Assembly: GCA_002717365.1 (NCBI GenBank)
Contig: PBDJ01000034.1
Coordinates: 33,990-97,989 of the forward strand
Direction of reading: 5' to 3'
Length of the DNA: 64,000 nt
Source of the DNA: Acidimicrobiaceae bacterium
Lineage (GTDB): Bacteria > Actinomycetota > Acidimicrobiia > Acidimicrobiales > MedAcidi-G1
Part shown: positions 1 to 9,863 of the stretch, one piece after another
Layout of the letters: each line of letters opens with the position of its first letter
How positions within the stretch are numbered: the first letter of the stretch is position 1
Notes under the pieces: model-generated
What the model was told of the DNA's origin: nothing
Seen by the model: only the letters and a program-made list of their open reading frames with translations
The model's database searches: none
Made by a program: the position numbers and the translations under genes

Positions 1-1
1 C

Positions 2-322
<321 letters not shown>

Positions 323-347
323 GTCGTCTCGGTTGATCGCAGTCGGA

Positions 348-761
348 TCAGCCGTCGACCCGGAAGCACCAGTCGATAGTCGCCGTCCGGTCCGGATTAC
401 GGACCGACCAATAACGCATGGTGGTGCACACCTCCTGGGCTGGAAGCCGTTCGAGGGCGAGGTCGGCACCGGGTCGGAAGATCACCGAGTTGAGCGCCTT
501 CTCGATGCGCTGTTGGTCCACCGGAATAATCGTGCCTCCGATATGGAGGATTTCGCCCACCCACCCGGGAGCCAGGATTGCCCCGACGTTGGCTTGCGGG
601 AGGATGGTGTCACCGCGGGGCGGCAAGAGTTCCAGGATCGACGGGTTGGATTCCACAGAGACGTCACCCGGATTCCCGGTGGGCAACAGGACCGTGAGGA
701 CCAGGATTCCGGCTCCCAACCCGAGCAGGACGCTGATGACGAGGGCGTTCCGGCGAGTCAC
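348..761 (-). CDS. hypothetical membrane-anchored protein
   Basis: 137-aa ORF with one N-terminal hydrophobic helix (ALVISVLLGLGAGILVLTVLL). It fills the ligA-pknB gap. No recognisable domain. Confidence 0.5.
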   Translation of the reverse strand: MTRRNALVISVLLGLGAGILVLTVLLPTGNPGDVSVESNPSILELLPPRGDTILPQANVGAILAPGWVGEILHIGGTIIPVDQQRIEKALNSVIFRPGADLALERLPAQEVCTTMRYWSVRNPDRTATIDWCFRVDG

Positions 762-804
762 GGGCGCAGGCTATCCACGGGGTTTGCACGGGTAACCTCA
801 GGGG

Positions 805-2772
805 GTGACCGACGGACCGTTCGGGGGAGATCCCCGGTTTTCCGCCCACGACCCCACAGTGAACCCCGGGGGGCCGGGCGCGCCCAGAGAGAACATGGTG
901 GGTCGACTGCTGGGCGGCCGCTATCGCCTGGGTAATGCGATTGGGACCGGTGGGTCGGGCACCGTTTACCTGGCCGACGACCTCTCACTGGGACGCCAGG
1001 TGGCGGTCAAAGTGCTGCATTCCTCGTTAGTAGGTGACGAAGCATTCGTAGATCGCTTCCGGGCCGAGGCTCGCCTGGTGGCCTCCCTAGCCGACCCCCA
1101 TGTGGTGTCCATCTACGACTGGGGAGTCGACGGCCAGGCCTACCTGGTGACCGAATATCTCGGGGGCGGCAGCTTGCGGAGCATCCTTTCCTCGGGCCGC
1201 ACCCTGACCCCTTCGCAGATGCTGACGGTGGCCCTCGAGGCCTGCCGGGCACTGGATCATGCCCATCGGCAGGGCATCGTTCATCGCGACGTCAAGCCAG
1301 CCAACCTGCTCTTTGGCCAAGACTCACGCCTGCGGATCGCCGACTTTGGCTTGGCTGACGCCCTTACCGGGACTGCCAGTCGGGAGTTGTTCGGCGGCGG
1401 AGGGGTGATCGGCACGGCCCGCTACGCCTCGCCCGAACAAGCCCAGGGCTTGGCTTTGGATGGCCGGTCCGACGTCTACGCCCTGGCCCTCTGCATGGTC
1501 GAGGGCATCACCGGCCATCTCCCATTCGTGGCCGAGACCCTAGAGGGCACGCTGGCTGCCCGAATCGGGCAGGACGTGCCCATTCCCGACGCTCTTGGCC
1601 CTCTGGTTCCGGTGGTGGCCCACGCCGGTGTCGCTGACCCGGCGAACCGACCGACGGCTCGCGAACTGGGCCGGATGCTGCTGGACATCGCTGGCCGGAT
1701 GTCACGCCCTGAGCCCCTGCCGCTGGTCGGTCCGGGCGAGGTAGGTGTCTCGCCGGCGTTTGGCGAACCGACCCGGGCCACCCCGACTGTCTTCTCTTCA
1801 CCTACCGAACCGGCGATACCGGCCCCATCGTCTTCCCGCCCAGTCGGTCCCCGTCGCCGCTGGACCGGCTTGCTGCTGGCCGGGGTCCTGACCGTCGGAG
1901 CGGTGGTTGGTGGTGCCATGCTTTGGGAGGTCAGTCGGCCGTCCCGTCGGGCCGTCCCGTCTCTCGTGGGGTCCTCGGGCGACAGCGCCCGCTCGCTTCT
2001 CACCGAGTTGGGGTGGACAGTCGAGACCCGTGACGTCCGCCAAGACGGGAGCGATTCCGGGGAGGTACTCGGCATGCGTCCGGAGGCCGGGACCCGGTTG
2101 GCTGCCGGGGAGACTGTCCTGTTGGAGGTGTCGTTGGGTCCGTTGCGCCTGCCCGTCCCCGGTGGGCTGGTCGGGGTAAGCCTGACTGAGGCCGAGCGGG
2201 TTTTGACCGACGCCGGCCTGGAGGTGGGCGAGGTGACCCGCACCTCCGACGAGGACATGCCCGCCGGCCTAGTGCTGGAGGTACTGACCTCGGGGGAGCC
2301 GGTACCGCAGGGAACCGAGGTGGGCCTCCGGGTGTCCGCTGGACCGTTGCCCCGACAGGTCCCCGAGGGGCTGGTCGGTCTGATGCCGGCCGATGTGGTG
2401 GCTGAGCTGATCGCTCTGCGCCTAGCCCCCACCATGGGCGAGGAGTACGACGAGTGGGTGGTGGCCGGCCGGGTGTCCCGGATTGAACCCCCTGTTGGTA
2501 CTCAACTGTCGGTAGGTGACGACGTGCGGGTCGTCGTTTCGATGGGGGCCGTTCCAAGGTCAGTGCCGGCGATGGAGGGGCTAACCCTGGCCGTGGCTGA
2601 GAGCCGGCTTCAGGTGGCGGGGTTCCGCAACGTGGTCGTCGTGGGTTTGTCCGACAACGGTGGGGACCAGACAGTAGACCGCAACACTCTCGTGGTGGTG
2701 TCCCAGGATCCGGCATCGGGTCGGCAGAACCAGCCGGACATCGAAGTCACAATCGTTGTCCAGTCCGGCTGA
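805..2772 (+). CDS. pknB: Ser/Thr protein kinase with transmembrane helix and four C-terminal PASTA repeats (PknB-like)
   Basis: Kinase motifs GTGGSGTVY, AVK, HRDVKPANLL, DFG and SPEQ, a TM segment WTGLLLAGVLTVGAVVGGAML, then four about 65-aa PASTA-like repeats. The start may instead be ATG 895. Confidence 0.9.
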   Translation: MTDGPFGGDPRFSAHDPTVNPGGPGAPRENMVGRLLGGRYRLGNAIGTGGSGTVYLADDLSLGRQVAVKVLHSSLVGDEAFVDRFRAEARLVASLADPHVVSIYDWGVDGQAYLVTEYLGGGSLRSILSSGRTLTPSQMLTVALEACRALDHAHRQGIVHRDVKPANLLFGQDSRLRIADFGLADALTGTASRELFGGGGVIGTARYASPEQAQGLALDGRSDVYALALCMVEGITGHLPFVAETLEGTLAARIGQDVPIPDALGPLVPVVAHAGVADPANRPTARELGRMLLDIAGRMSRPEPLPLVGPGEVGVSPAFGEPTRATPTVFSSPTEPAIPAPSSSRPVGPRRRWTGLLLAGVLTVGAVVGGAMLWEVSRPSRRAVPSLVGSSGDSARSLLTELGWTVETRDVRQDGSDSGEVLGMRPEAGTRLAAGETVLLEVSLGPLRLPVPGGLVGVSLTEAERVLTDAGLEVGEVTRTSDEDMPAGLVLEVLTSGEPVPQGTEVGLRVSAGPLPRQVPEGLVGLMPADVVAELIALRLAPTMGEEYDEWVVAGRVSRIEPPVGTQLSVGDDVRVVVSMGAVPRSVPAMEGLTLAVAESRLQVAGFRNVVVVGLSDNGGDQTVDRNTLVVVSQDPASGRQNQPDIEVTIVVQSG

Positions 2773-2791
2773 GCCCTACCCTGCTCTTCCA

Positions 2792-3094
2792 ATGACTGAA
2801 CGGATCACCCGAGACCACGTAGCCCACGTGGCCGACCTAGCCCGGCTCACTCTGTCCGACGCCGAGCTGGACGCTTTCACTGGCCAACTGGCCGACGTGC
2901 TGGACCACGCGGCGGACCTTGAGGCCCTTGATCTGACCGACGTTTTGCCGACAGCCCATCCTCTGCCGTTGGTCAACGTGTTTCGGGCCGACGAGCCTGG
3001 TCCGACCAGCGACCGCGATGAGGTGCTGGCCGCCGCACCGGCGGTGGAGGAGGAGCAGTTCCGGGTGCCTCCTGTTCTTGGGGAGGAGCCGTGA
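2792..3094 (+). CDS. gatC: Asp/Glu-tRNA amidotransferase subunit C
   Basis: [33 protein letters not shown] is a GatC signature. The stop overlaps the gatA GTG start (GTGA). The track start at 2756 overlaps pknB and is probably too long. Confidence 0.9.
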   Translation: MTERITRDHVAHVADLARLTLSDAELDAFTGQLADVLDHAADLEALDLTDVLPTAHPLPLVNVFRADEPGPTSDRDEVLAAAPAVEEEQFRVPPVLGEEP

Positions 3095-4524
3095 GCGCCC
3101 GGGGTCTGGCGGCCGCTGTGCGTTCCGGGGAGCGGTCGGCCCGATCGGTGGTCGACGAGCACCTGGAGACCATTCGCTCTGGCGAGCCTGAGATCCACGC
3201 CTTCAACCTGGTGCTGGCCGACGAGGCGCTCGCTGCGGCCGACGAGGTAGACCGGCGGGTGGCGGCCGGCGAGGATCCTGGCCCGTTGGCCGGCGTTCCG
3301 GTGGCCCTAAAGGACAACTTGTGTACCCGCGGAGTGCCCACCACCTGCTCATCGCGGATACTGGAGGGCTGGCTCCCTCCCTACGACGCCACCGTGGTAG
3401 AGCGGCTGGCCGCTGCCGGGGCCGTCGTGGTCGGCAAGACCAACTTGGACGAGTTCGCCATGGGTAGCTCGACGGAGAACTCGGCGTTCGGCGTGACTCA
3501 CAACCCGTTAGACCCCACCCGAGTCCCTGGAGGTTCGTCCGGCGGGTCGGCTGCCGCAGTAGCCGCCGGTTTCGCTCCCCTCGCCCTGGGCAGTGACACC
3601 GGTGGGTCCATCCGCCAGCCGGCCGCCTTGTGCGGAGTGGTCGGTGTAAAGCCCACCTACGGGGCGGTGTCCCGTTATGGCCTGGTGGCCTTTGCCTCCA
3701 GCCTCGACCAGATCGGTCCACTCACTCGCACGGTCTCCGACGCAGCCATGCTCCTGGAGGCCATTGGAGGCCACGACCCTAGGGACTCCACCTCCATCCC
3801 GGAGCCGGCGGCGAGCCTCACCGAGGTCCTGGACCGAGGCGTTGAAGGCCTGAGGATTGGGGTAATCGAGGAGCTTTCCGGCAACGGCCTCGAGGGCATC
3901 GCCGACGATGTGCGGTCCCGCCTAGGCGAGGCCGCCTCGGTCTTGGACACGGCCGGTGCCACCGTCGAAACCACCTCGGTTCCGTCGACGGTGTACGGCC
4001 TATCGGCCTACTACGTGATCGCCCCGGCCGAGGCTTCATCCAACCTGGCTCGCTACGACGGCGTTCGATACGGGCTACGGATTGACGCTCCCAACACCGG
4101 CGATATGAACACGGCCACCCGGACCGCCGGATTCGGTAATGAGGTCAAGCGACGCATCATGCTTGGTACCTACGCACTGTCAGCCGGGTATTACGACGCC
4201 TACTACGGCAAGTCCCAAAAGGTCCGCACGCTGATCGTGCAGGACTTCGCCCGGGCCTACGAGGAGTTCGACCTTCTCCTCTGTCCGACCGCTCCCACCA
4301 CGGCGTTCCCCATCGGCGAAAAGACCGCCGACCCAATGACCATGTACCTGAACGACGTTTGCACCATCCCATCCAACCTGGCAGGGCACCCGGCCATGTC
4401 GGTGCCGTTCGGAGTAGGGGATGACGGCATGCCGGTTGGGGTCCAGATCTTGGCTCCGGCTATGGGCGAGCCCACCATGTTCCAAGCTGCCGCCGTGCTC
4501 GAGTCCGCTGGGAGCAGATCGTGA
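3091..4524 (+). CDS. gatA: Asp/Glu-tRNA amidotransferase subunit A (amidase)
   Basis: Amidase signature [14 protein letters not shown] with [11 protein letters not shown]. Sits between gatC and gatB. Confidence 0.95.
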   Translation: MSARGLAAAVRSGERSARSVVDEHLETIRSGEPEIHAFNLVLADEALAAADEVDRRVAAGEDPGPLAGVPVALKDNLCTRGVPTTCSSRILEGWLPPYDATVVERLAAAGAVVVGKTNLDEFAMGSSTENSAFGVTHNPLDPTRVPGGSSGGSAAAVAAGFAPLALGSDTGGSIRQPAALCGVVGVKPTYGAVSRYGLVAFASSLDQIGPLTRTVSDAAMLLEAIGGHDPRDSTSIPEPAASLTEVLDRGVEGLRIGVIEELSGNGLEGIADDVRSRLGEAASVLDTAGATVETTSVPSTVYGLSAYYVIAPAEASSNLARYDGVRYGLRIDAPNTGDMNTATRTAGFGNEVKRRIMLGTYALSAGYYDAYYGKSQKVRTLIVQDFARAYEEFDLLLCPTAPTTAFPIGEKTADPMTMYLNDVCTIPSNLAGHPAMSVPFGVGDDGMPVGVQILAPAMGEPTMFQAAAVLESAGSRS

Positions 4525-5969
4525 ACGTCGAGGCCATTGCCCCGGAGACCGTCCCCGGCTGGGAGACAGTCATCGGCCTGGAGGTCCATGCGGAACTGGC
4601 CACGGCCACCAAACTGTTCAGTTCGGCCCCCAACCGGTTTGGTGGTCAGCCCAACACCAACGTCGACCCAGTGTCCCTCGGCCTGCCGGGCTCGCTGCCC
4701 GTACTCAACGAGCAGGCGGTGGAGTTGGCCATCCGGGTCGGCCTAGCCCTGAATTGCCAGGTCCAGCGGTCAGTGTTCTCCCGTAAGAACTACTTCTACC
4801 CAGACATGCCGAAGGACTTCCAGATCTCCCAGTACGACCTCCCGATCAACGGGGAGGGCTGGCTAGAGCTGCCCGATGGGCACCGGGTGGGCATCGAGCG
4901 GGCCCACCTTGAGGAGGACACGGGCAAAAGCACCCACGTAGGTGGGGGAGGTCGGATCCACGAGGCCGGATACTCGCTAGTCGACTACAACCGGGCCGGC
5001 GTTCCACTCATCGAGATCGTCGGTGCCCCGGACTTACGCTCGGCTGAGGAGGCTCGATCCTACGTAGCCGAATTGCGGGCCATCCTGGTGACCATTGGCG
5101 CCTCTGACGGGAAGATGGAGGAGGGCTCGATGCGGGTGGACTGCAACGTGTCGGTCCGCCCCGTCGGGCAGGCCGAGTTCGGGACCCGTTGTGAGATCAA
5201 GAACATCAACTCGCTGCGGTCCCTCGGGCGGGCCATCAGTTACGAAGCTCGTCGGCAGGTCGACTTGATCACCTCCGGAGAGAGAGTCGAACAGCAGACC
5301 CGCCACTGGAACGAGGACGAGGGCCGGACCCACAAACTGCGGTCCAAGGAGGAAGCCTACGACTATCGGTACTTCCCGGAGCCTGATCTGGTCCCGGTGG
5401 AACCGTCCGACGAGTGGATCGACGCCATCCGGGCTGCCCTTCCCATGCTTCCTCGGGAACGCCGTCTCCGCCTGGCCGAGGCGGCCAGTATCGACACTTC
5501 GGCAGCCGCCCTAACTGTGGAGCGGGGGTTGGACGACCTAGCCGTGGATGCCATCGCCGAGGGAGCCGATGCTCCCCGGGTCTTAGTCCACGCTGAGAAC
5601 AACCTGGCCGACGGTGCGGGGAGACTAGATGGTGCCTCGTTTGCCGCTCTGGTCAAGATGGAGACCGGTGGAGACCTGACGGCCACCCAGACCAAGACGG
5701 TGCTGGCCACTCTGGTGGCTGAAGGGGGAGAGCCGGCGATCGTGGCCGCCGATCTGGGCTTCGAGGCCATGGACATCGGAGAGATGGAGGTCCTTGTGGA
5801 CCGCCTAATCGCCGAGCACCCGGACGACTGGACGGCCTTCATCTCGGGCGACGAGCAGGAACGGAAGAAGAAGTCTGGCTTCTTCGTCGGTCAGGTTATG
5901 AAGGCCACCAACGGGAAGGCCGACGGTCGGGCCGTCAACGAGTTGCTGGCCCACCGAGCCCGTTCCTAG
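4521..5969 (+). CDS. gatB: Asp/Glu-tRNA amidotransferase subunit B
   Basis: [30 protein letters not shown] and AHLEEDTGK are typical of GatB. GTGA overlap with gatA. Confidence 0.95.
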   Translation: MNVEAIAPETVPGWETVIGLEVHAELATATKLFSSAPNRFGGQPNTNVDPVSLGLPGSLPVLNEQAVELAIRVGLALNCQVQRSVFSRKNYFYPDMPKDFQISQYDLPINGEGWLELPDGHRVGIERAHLEEDTGKSTHVGGGGRIHEAGYSLVDYNRAGVPLIEIVGAPDLRSAEEARSYVAELRAILVTIGASDGKMEEGSMRVDCNVSVRPVGQAEFGTRCEIKNINSLRSLGRAISYEARRQVDLITSGERVEQQTRHWNEDEGRTHKLRSKEEAYDYRYFPEPDLVPVEPSDEWIDAIRAALPMLPRERRLRLAEAASIDTSAAALTVERGLDDLAVDAIAEGADAPRVLVHAENNLADGAGRLDGASFAALVKMETGGDLTATQTKTVLATLVAEGGEPAIVAADLGFEAMDIGEMEVLVDRLIAEHPDDWTAFISGDEQERKKKSGFFVGQVMKATNGKADGRAVNELLAHRARS

Positions 5970-7288
5970 CGCTCGGCACCCACCACCTGCCAACGGTGGC
6001 CGGCGAAGCGGCGAATGAACAGGGCTGAACGGGTGGCCATGAACAGCGAGATGGCAGCCCAGAGCCAGCCGATTCCGCCGCCGGCCAGCCGTCCGCCGAC
6101 CATGGCGGCCACAGCCAGGACCGCTGAGGTGCCCATAGCCCGGGCCATAAAGCGCTCGTCACCAGCACCGATTAAGATCCCATCCAGGGCAAATGCCACT
6201 CCACCGAGCGGTGCCATGAGGGCAACGTGAAGGAGTAGGAACCTGGCGAGGTCTACCACGTCGGGGTCGCTGGAGAACGTCCCAGCAACCAGTCCACGAG
6301 TCACCAGAAGTACCAGGCCGATCAAAGCACCCGTGGCCACTGACCAACCGATTACCCGTCGCCCCAGTCGACGGGTACCCGAAACCTCACCGGCTCCCAG
6401 GAGGTTCCCGACCATGGTCTGGGCGGCGATAGCTACGGCATCCATGATTAGGGCTGACGCCATCCAGATCTGGAAGGCGACCTGGTGGGCGGCCACGTCG
6501 GCCCGGCCGATCCGGGCCGCAACCGAGGTGCCAACCAGGAACGTTCCGGTCAACGAGAGGTTGCGAACCAGCAGGTGACCACTGACCACCAGCAGCCGTC
6601 GGATCGACCCGGCGTGGGGCACCAAGGAGGCGTGGTTCCGTCGGACCGCCCGTCCCACCCAGGTCAGGTAGCAGGCGGCACCCAGCCACTGGGCTACGAC
6701 AGTGGCGGCCGCTGAGGCGCCGATGCCGTACCCGAGGCCCACGATAAGAGCGAGTTCCATGATCAGGTTCAGGACGGCCGTGCCTACCGCTACCTGGAGG
6801 GGACGCATGGTGTCCTTGAGTCCCCGTAGGTAACCCACGCCGGCCAGCATGACCAGCATGGCCGGTGCACCCAGCAGGCTGATCTGCAGGTAAATGCCGG
6901 CCTGGTGGGCTACATCGCCTTCTGCTCCGACCAGGGCCACAATCCGGTCGGCCAAGGCGATGCCGGCGGCGGCCAGCACCACCCCGAGAGCGAGGGCCAG
7001 CCAGAGCCCCTGGACGGCCTGATCAGCGGCCCAGCGGTGCTCGCCGGCACCGCTCAGTCGGGCCACGGTGGCCGTCGTTCCGTAGGCCAAGAACACGCAG
7101 AGGCCATAGCCGAACATCAGGAAGCCCGATGCCACCCCCAGCCCGGCCAGCGGTGCCGTGCCCAGGTGGCCTACCACCGCAGTGTCGGCGAGCACATACA
7201 GCGGTTCAGCAACTAAGGCCCCGAGGGCCGGAACTGCTAGGCGGAACAGCTCCCGGTCGTCGGACCGAAAGTGGGGGCGGGCGACCAT
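5966..7288 (-). CDS. MATE family efflux transporter (DinF-like)
   Basis: 440-aa polytopic membrane protein. The N-terminus LAVPALGALVAEPLYVLADTAVVGHLG is typical of the MATE family. Convergent with gatB, with stop codons sharing CTAG. Confidence 0.85.
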   Translation of the reverse strand: MVARPHFRSDDRELFRLAVPALGALVAEPLYVLADTAVVGHLGTAPLAGLGVASGFLMFGYGLCVFLAYGTTATVARLSGAGEHRWAADQAVQGLWLALALGVVLAAAGIALADRIVALVGAEGDVAHQAGIYLQISLLGAPAMLVMLAGVGYLRGLKDTMRPLQVAVGTAVLNLIMELALIVGLGYGIGASAAATVVAQWLGAACYLTWVGRAVRRNHASLVPHAGSIRRLLVVSGHLLVRNLSLTGTFLVGTSVAARIGRADVAAHQVAFQIWMASALIMDAVAIAAQTMVGNLLGAGEVSGTRRLGRRVIGWSVATGALIGLVLLVTRGLVAGTFSSDPDVVDLARFLLLHVALMAPLGGVAFALDGILIGAGDERFMARAMGTSAVLAVAAMVGGRLAGGGIGWLWAAISLFMATRSALFIRRFAGHRWQVVGAER

Positions 7289-7394
7289 CGGGCAAGGGTA
7301 GGCTCGGTAGCCGGAGAGACTGCCGCACAGTGACGCCCGTGGATGGGTATTTCGACCGGGGGTGCGGCCCCCGGTGGGCGTAACCTACAGGTTC

Positions 7395-9089
7395 ATGACG
7401 GACGCCACCCATGAGGGAATGAAGCCCCGCAGTCACGAGGTCACCGACGGTCCCAGCCGTGCTCCCGCTCGGGCCATGCTCCGGGCCATCGGCATGACCG
7501 AGGACGACTTCTCCAAAGCCCAGGTGGGTGTGGCGTCGTCGTGGAACGAGGTCACCCCCTGCAACATGCCGCTGGACGGCCTGGCCAAGCGGTGCAAGGC
7601 GGGGGTAGTGGAGGCCGGCGGGTTTCCGATCGAGTTCAACACCATCGCAGTCAGCGACGGCATTTCGATGGGCCACGAGGGAATGCGGGCCAGTCTGGTG
7701 AGCCGCGAGATCATCGCCGACTCCGTCGAGGCGGTCATGCACGCTGAGCGCTTAGACGCCTTCGTGAGCTTTGCCGGCTGCGACAAGTCGCTCCCCGGAA
7801 TGCTTATGGCGTCGGCCCGCATCAACCTGCCGTCAGTCTTCGTCTACGGCGGATCAATCATGCCTGGCGAGCACCATGACGGCCGCAAGCTAGACGTGGT
7901 CAGCGTCTTCGAGGCGGTTGGCGCCCATGCTGTGGGAGATATCGACGACGACGAGTTACTGGCCATCGAGCGAGCTGCCTGCCCGACGATCGGTAGTTGT
8001 GCCGGTATGTTCACCGCCAACACCATGGCCTCGGTGGGTGAAGCCATCGGGATGTCGCTCCCCGGTTCGGCCTCGGCCGCTGCCATCGACGACCGACGAG
8101 CCGACGTGGCGTTCGCCAGTGGCCATGCCGTGATGAACCTCCTGCGTCAGGGCATCCGACCCCGCCAGATCATGACCAAGGGGGCTTTCGAGAACGCCAT
8201 CTCCGTAGTCATGGCCCTCGGTGGCTCGACCAATGCCGTGCTCCACCTGATGGCCATCGCCTTCGAGGCGGGGGTGGAGTTGGAGTTGGAGGACTTCAAC
8301 CGGGTAGCCGCCCGGGTTCCCCACCTGGCTGACACCAAGCCGCACGGGAATTACCACATGGTGGACATAGACCGGATCGGTGGCGTGCCGGTCGTCATGC
8401 AGATGCTCCTAGACGAGGGCCTCCTAAACGGCGAAGAGGTGACGGTCACCGGACGAACGGTGGCCGAGAACCTGGCCCTGCTGGACGTCCCAGCCCCCGA
8501 TGGGGAGGTCATCCACGCCTTCAATGATCCAATCAACGAGGTGGGTGGCCTGGCCATCCTGCGGGGAACACTGGCCCCCCAGGGTTCGGTGGTCAAGGTA
8601 GCCGGCCTGGACTTCGACCACTTTGAGGGTCGGGCCCGTGTGTTCGATGGCGAGGACCTGGCTATGGAGGCCGTGCTGGCCGACCGGATCGAGGCCGGTG
8701 ACATCGTGGTGATCCGCTACGAGGGACCCAAGGGCGGCCCGGGAATGCGCGAAATGCTGGCTATTACCGGGGCCATGAAGGGTGCCGGTCGCGGCGGCGA
8801 CGCGGCCCTAGTCACCGACGGCCGGTTTTCTGGGGGAACCCATGGGTTCTGTGTAGGTCACGTGGCACCAGAGGCCGTTGACGGCGGTCCGATTGCCTTG
8901 GTTGAGGAGGGCGACCGGATCCTCATTGACGTTGGGACGCACACCATCGATCTGCAAGTCGACGAGGCCACGCTGGCCAAGCGACGGGCGAATTTGAAGC
9001 CGTTCGAGCCGCGCTACCGGTCCGGCTTCCTAGCCAAGTACGCAGCTCTAGCCCAGGGAGCCGAGAAGGGGGCTGTCACCCAGGCCTAG
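7395..9089 (+). CDS. ilvD: dihydroxy-acid dehydratase
   Basis: [53 protein letters not shown] and [12 protein letters not shown] are IlvD/Edd family signatures. ATG 7395 is preferred over the track GTG 7362. Confidence 0.95.
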   Translation: MTDATHEGMKPRSHEVTDGPSRAPARAMLRAIGMTEDDFSKAQVGVASSWNEVTPCNMPLDGLAKRCKAGVVEAGGFPIEFNTIAVSDGISMGHEGMRASLVSREIIADSVEAVMHAERLDAFVSFAGCDKSLPGMLMASARINLPSVFVYGGSIMPGEHHDGRKLDVVSVFEAVGAHAVGDIDDDELLAIERAACPTIGSCAGMFTANTMASVGEAIGMSLPGSASAAAIDDRRADVAFASGHAVMNLLRQGIRPRQIMTKGAFENAISVVMALGGSTNAVLHLMAIAFEAGVELELEDFNRVAARVPHLADTKPHGNYHMVDIDRIGGVPVVMQMLLDEGLLNGEEVTVTGRTVAENLALLDVPAPDGEVIHAFNDPINEVGGLAILRGTLAPQGSVVKVAGLDFDHFEGRARVFDGEDLAMEAVLADRIEAGDIVVIRYEGPKGGPGMREMLAITGAMKGAGRGGDAALVTDGRFSGGTHGFCVGHVAPEAVDGGPIALVEEGDRILIDVGTHTIDLQVDEATLAKRRANLKPFEPRYRSGFLAKYAALAQGAEKGAVTQA

Positions 9090-9108
9090 GCCAGCGGTTC
9101 CCCTCTAG

Positions 9109-9663
9109 TCAGGACCCGTCCCACAACCCGAAGGAACGGGCAGCGGAGAGCATGGTCCACGGCTCGGTTGCGGCGGCTGCCGTGGATGACTGCCGGGCCA
9201 CCCACCGAGGAACTTCGAGCAGCACCTCCAGGGGTACCTCCAGGCCATCTCGGGGGGCCACGGCACAGGTCGGGAGGCGAGATAGAGCCTTGGCCATAGC
9301 CGCCCCGTCCTCGTAGAACGAGGGGTCGTGAAGTTGATGCCACTTGTCAGCTCCCATGACCACCACGTCGTAGTCGTCGGCCAGGTCGGCAACAAGTCGG
9401 GCGTCGACCACGTTGACCGCTAGCCAGGCATGGTCGATGGCCACCCGGTCGAGCACTGTCCGGCGTTCTTCCACGGTGGTCCGGCCTCGTTCTTTGCCCA
9501 GCGGGTGGCGAGACAGTGTCCAGACCACACGATCCAGACTGTGGCGACGTCGGGCGGTGTCGGCCACGGTCAGGTGGGCCAGCGTCGGAGGATCAAATGA
9601 CCCCGGGTAGACACCTTGTCGCACGGCCCCATGGTGGTCGACGGGCACGTAATGGCGGGGCAC
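9109..9663 (-). CDS. cytidylyl/adenylyltransferase-fold protein (NadD-like nucleotidyltransferase)
   Basis: GSFDPPTLAHL resembles the (H/T)xGH nucleotidyltransferase motif, and there is a C-terminal SST motif. Substrate unknown. Confidence 0.6.
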   Translation of the reverse strand: MPRHYVPVDHHGAVRQGVYPGSFDPPTLAHLTVADTARRRHSLDRVVWTLSRHPLGKERGRTTVEERRTVLDRVAIDHAWLAVNVVDARLVADLADDYDVVVMGADKWHQLHDPSFYEDGAAMAKALSRLPTCAVAPRDGLEVPLEVLLEVPRWVARQSSTAAAATEPWTMLSAARSFGLWDGS

Positions 9664-9725
9664 CGGTGGTCCGATCGACCGGGCAGGTTGTGGTCACTAG
9701 GACTGTCGGCGCATAATTGCGGTCC

Positions 9726-9776
9726 ATGCAGGCGTTCCCGAGCTCCCCGACCTCCGAGGTAGCGGTACTGCCGTAG
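9726..9776 (+). CDS. candidate ilvB leader peptide MQAFPSSPTSEVAVLP
   Basis: 16-codon ORF ending 35 nt before a terminator-like hairpin. Both Val codons are GTA, which looks unusual for a GC-rich genome. A competing 16-codon frame from GTG 9666 encodes VRSTGQVVVTRTVGA. Confidence 0.3.
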   Translation: MQAFPSSPTSEVAVLP

Positions 9777-9810
9777 GCACGCGCCCCTCCGCCCGACGGT
9801 TGCGTGCCTC

Positions 9811-9846
9811 GACCTCCCGATGAGGGAGGTCATTTCGCTTTTCGCC
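9811..9846 (+). terminator. intrinsic-terminator-like hairpin in the ilvB 5' leader (attenuator candidate)
   Basis: GACCTCCC-gatga-GGGAGGTC is a perfect 8-bp stem followed by ATTTCGCTTTTCGCC. It lies 18 nt upstream of the ilvB ATG at 9864. Confidence 0.5.
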
Positions 9847-9863
9847 CGATTCCCAAAAAGATC

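Noticed and set aside
1476-2435. Long antisense or out-of-frame ORFs throughout the track (e.g. 1476-2435 -, 2000-2716 -, 15988-16932 -, 30261-31265 -, 40699-41649 +, 47561-48451 -, 48458-49453 -, 56180-57169 +)
   Set aside because: Each lies entirely within a gene that has clear family motifs on the other strand or frame. Their translations are Arg/Pro/Gly-rich low-complexity sequence, typical of stop-codon-poor GC-rich DNA.
7355-7375. Perfect 8-bp GC hairpin ACCGGGGG-TGCGG-CCCCCGGT between the MATE gene and ilvD
   Set aside because: No U-tract on either strand, and it sits between divergent genes, so it is not a terminator. It could be 5' UTR structure, but I cannot assign a function from the sequence alone.
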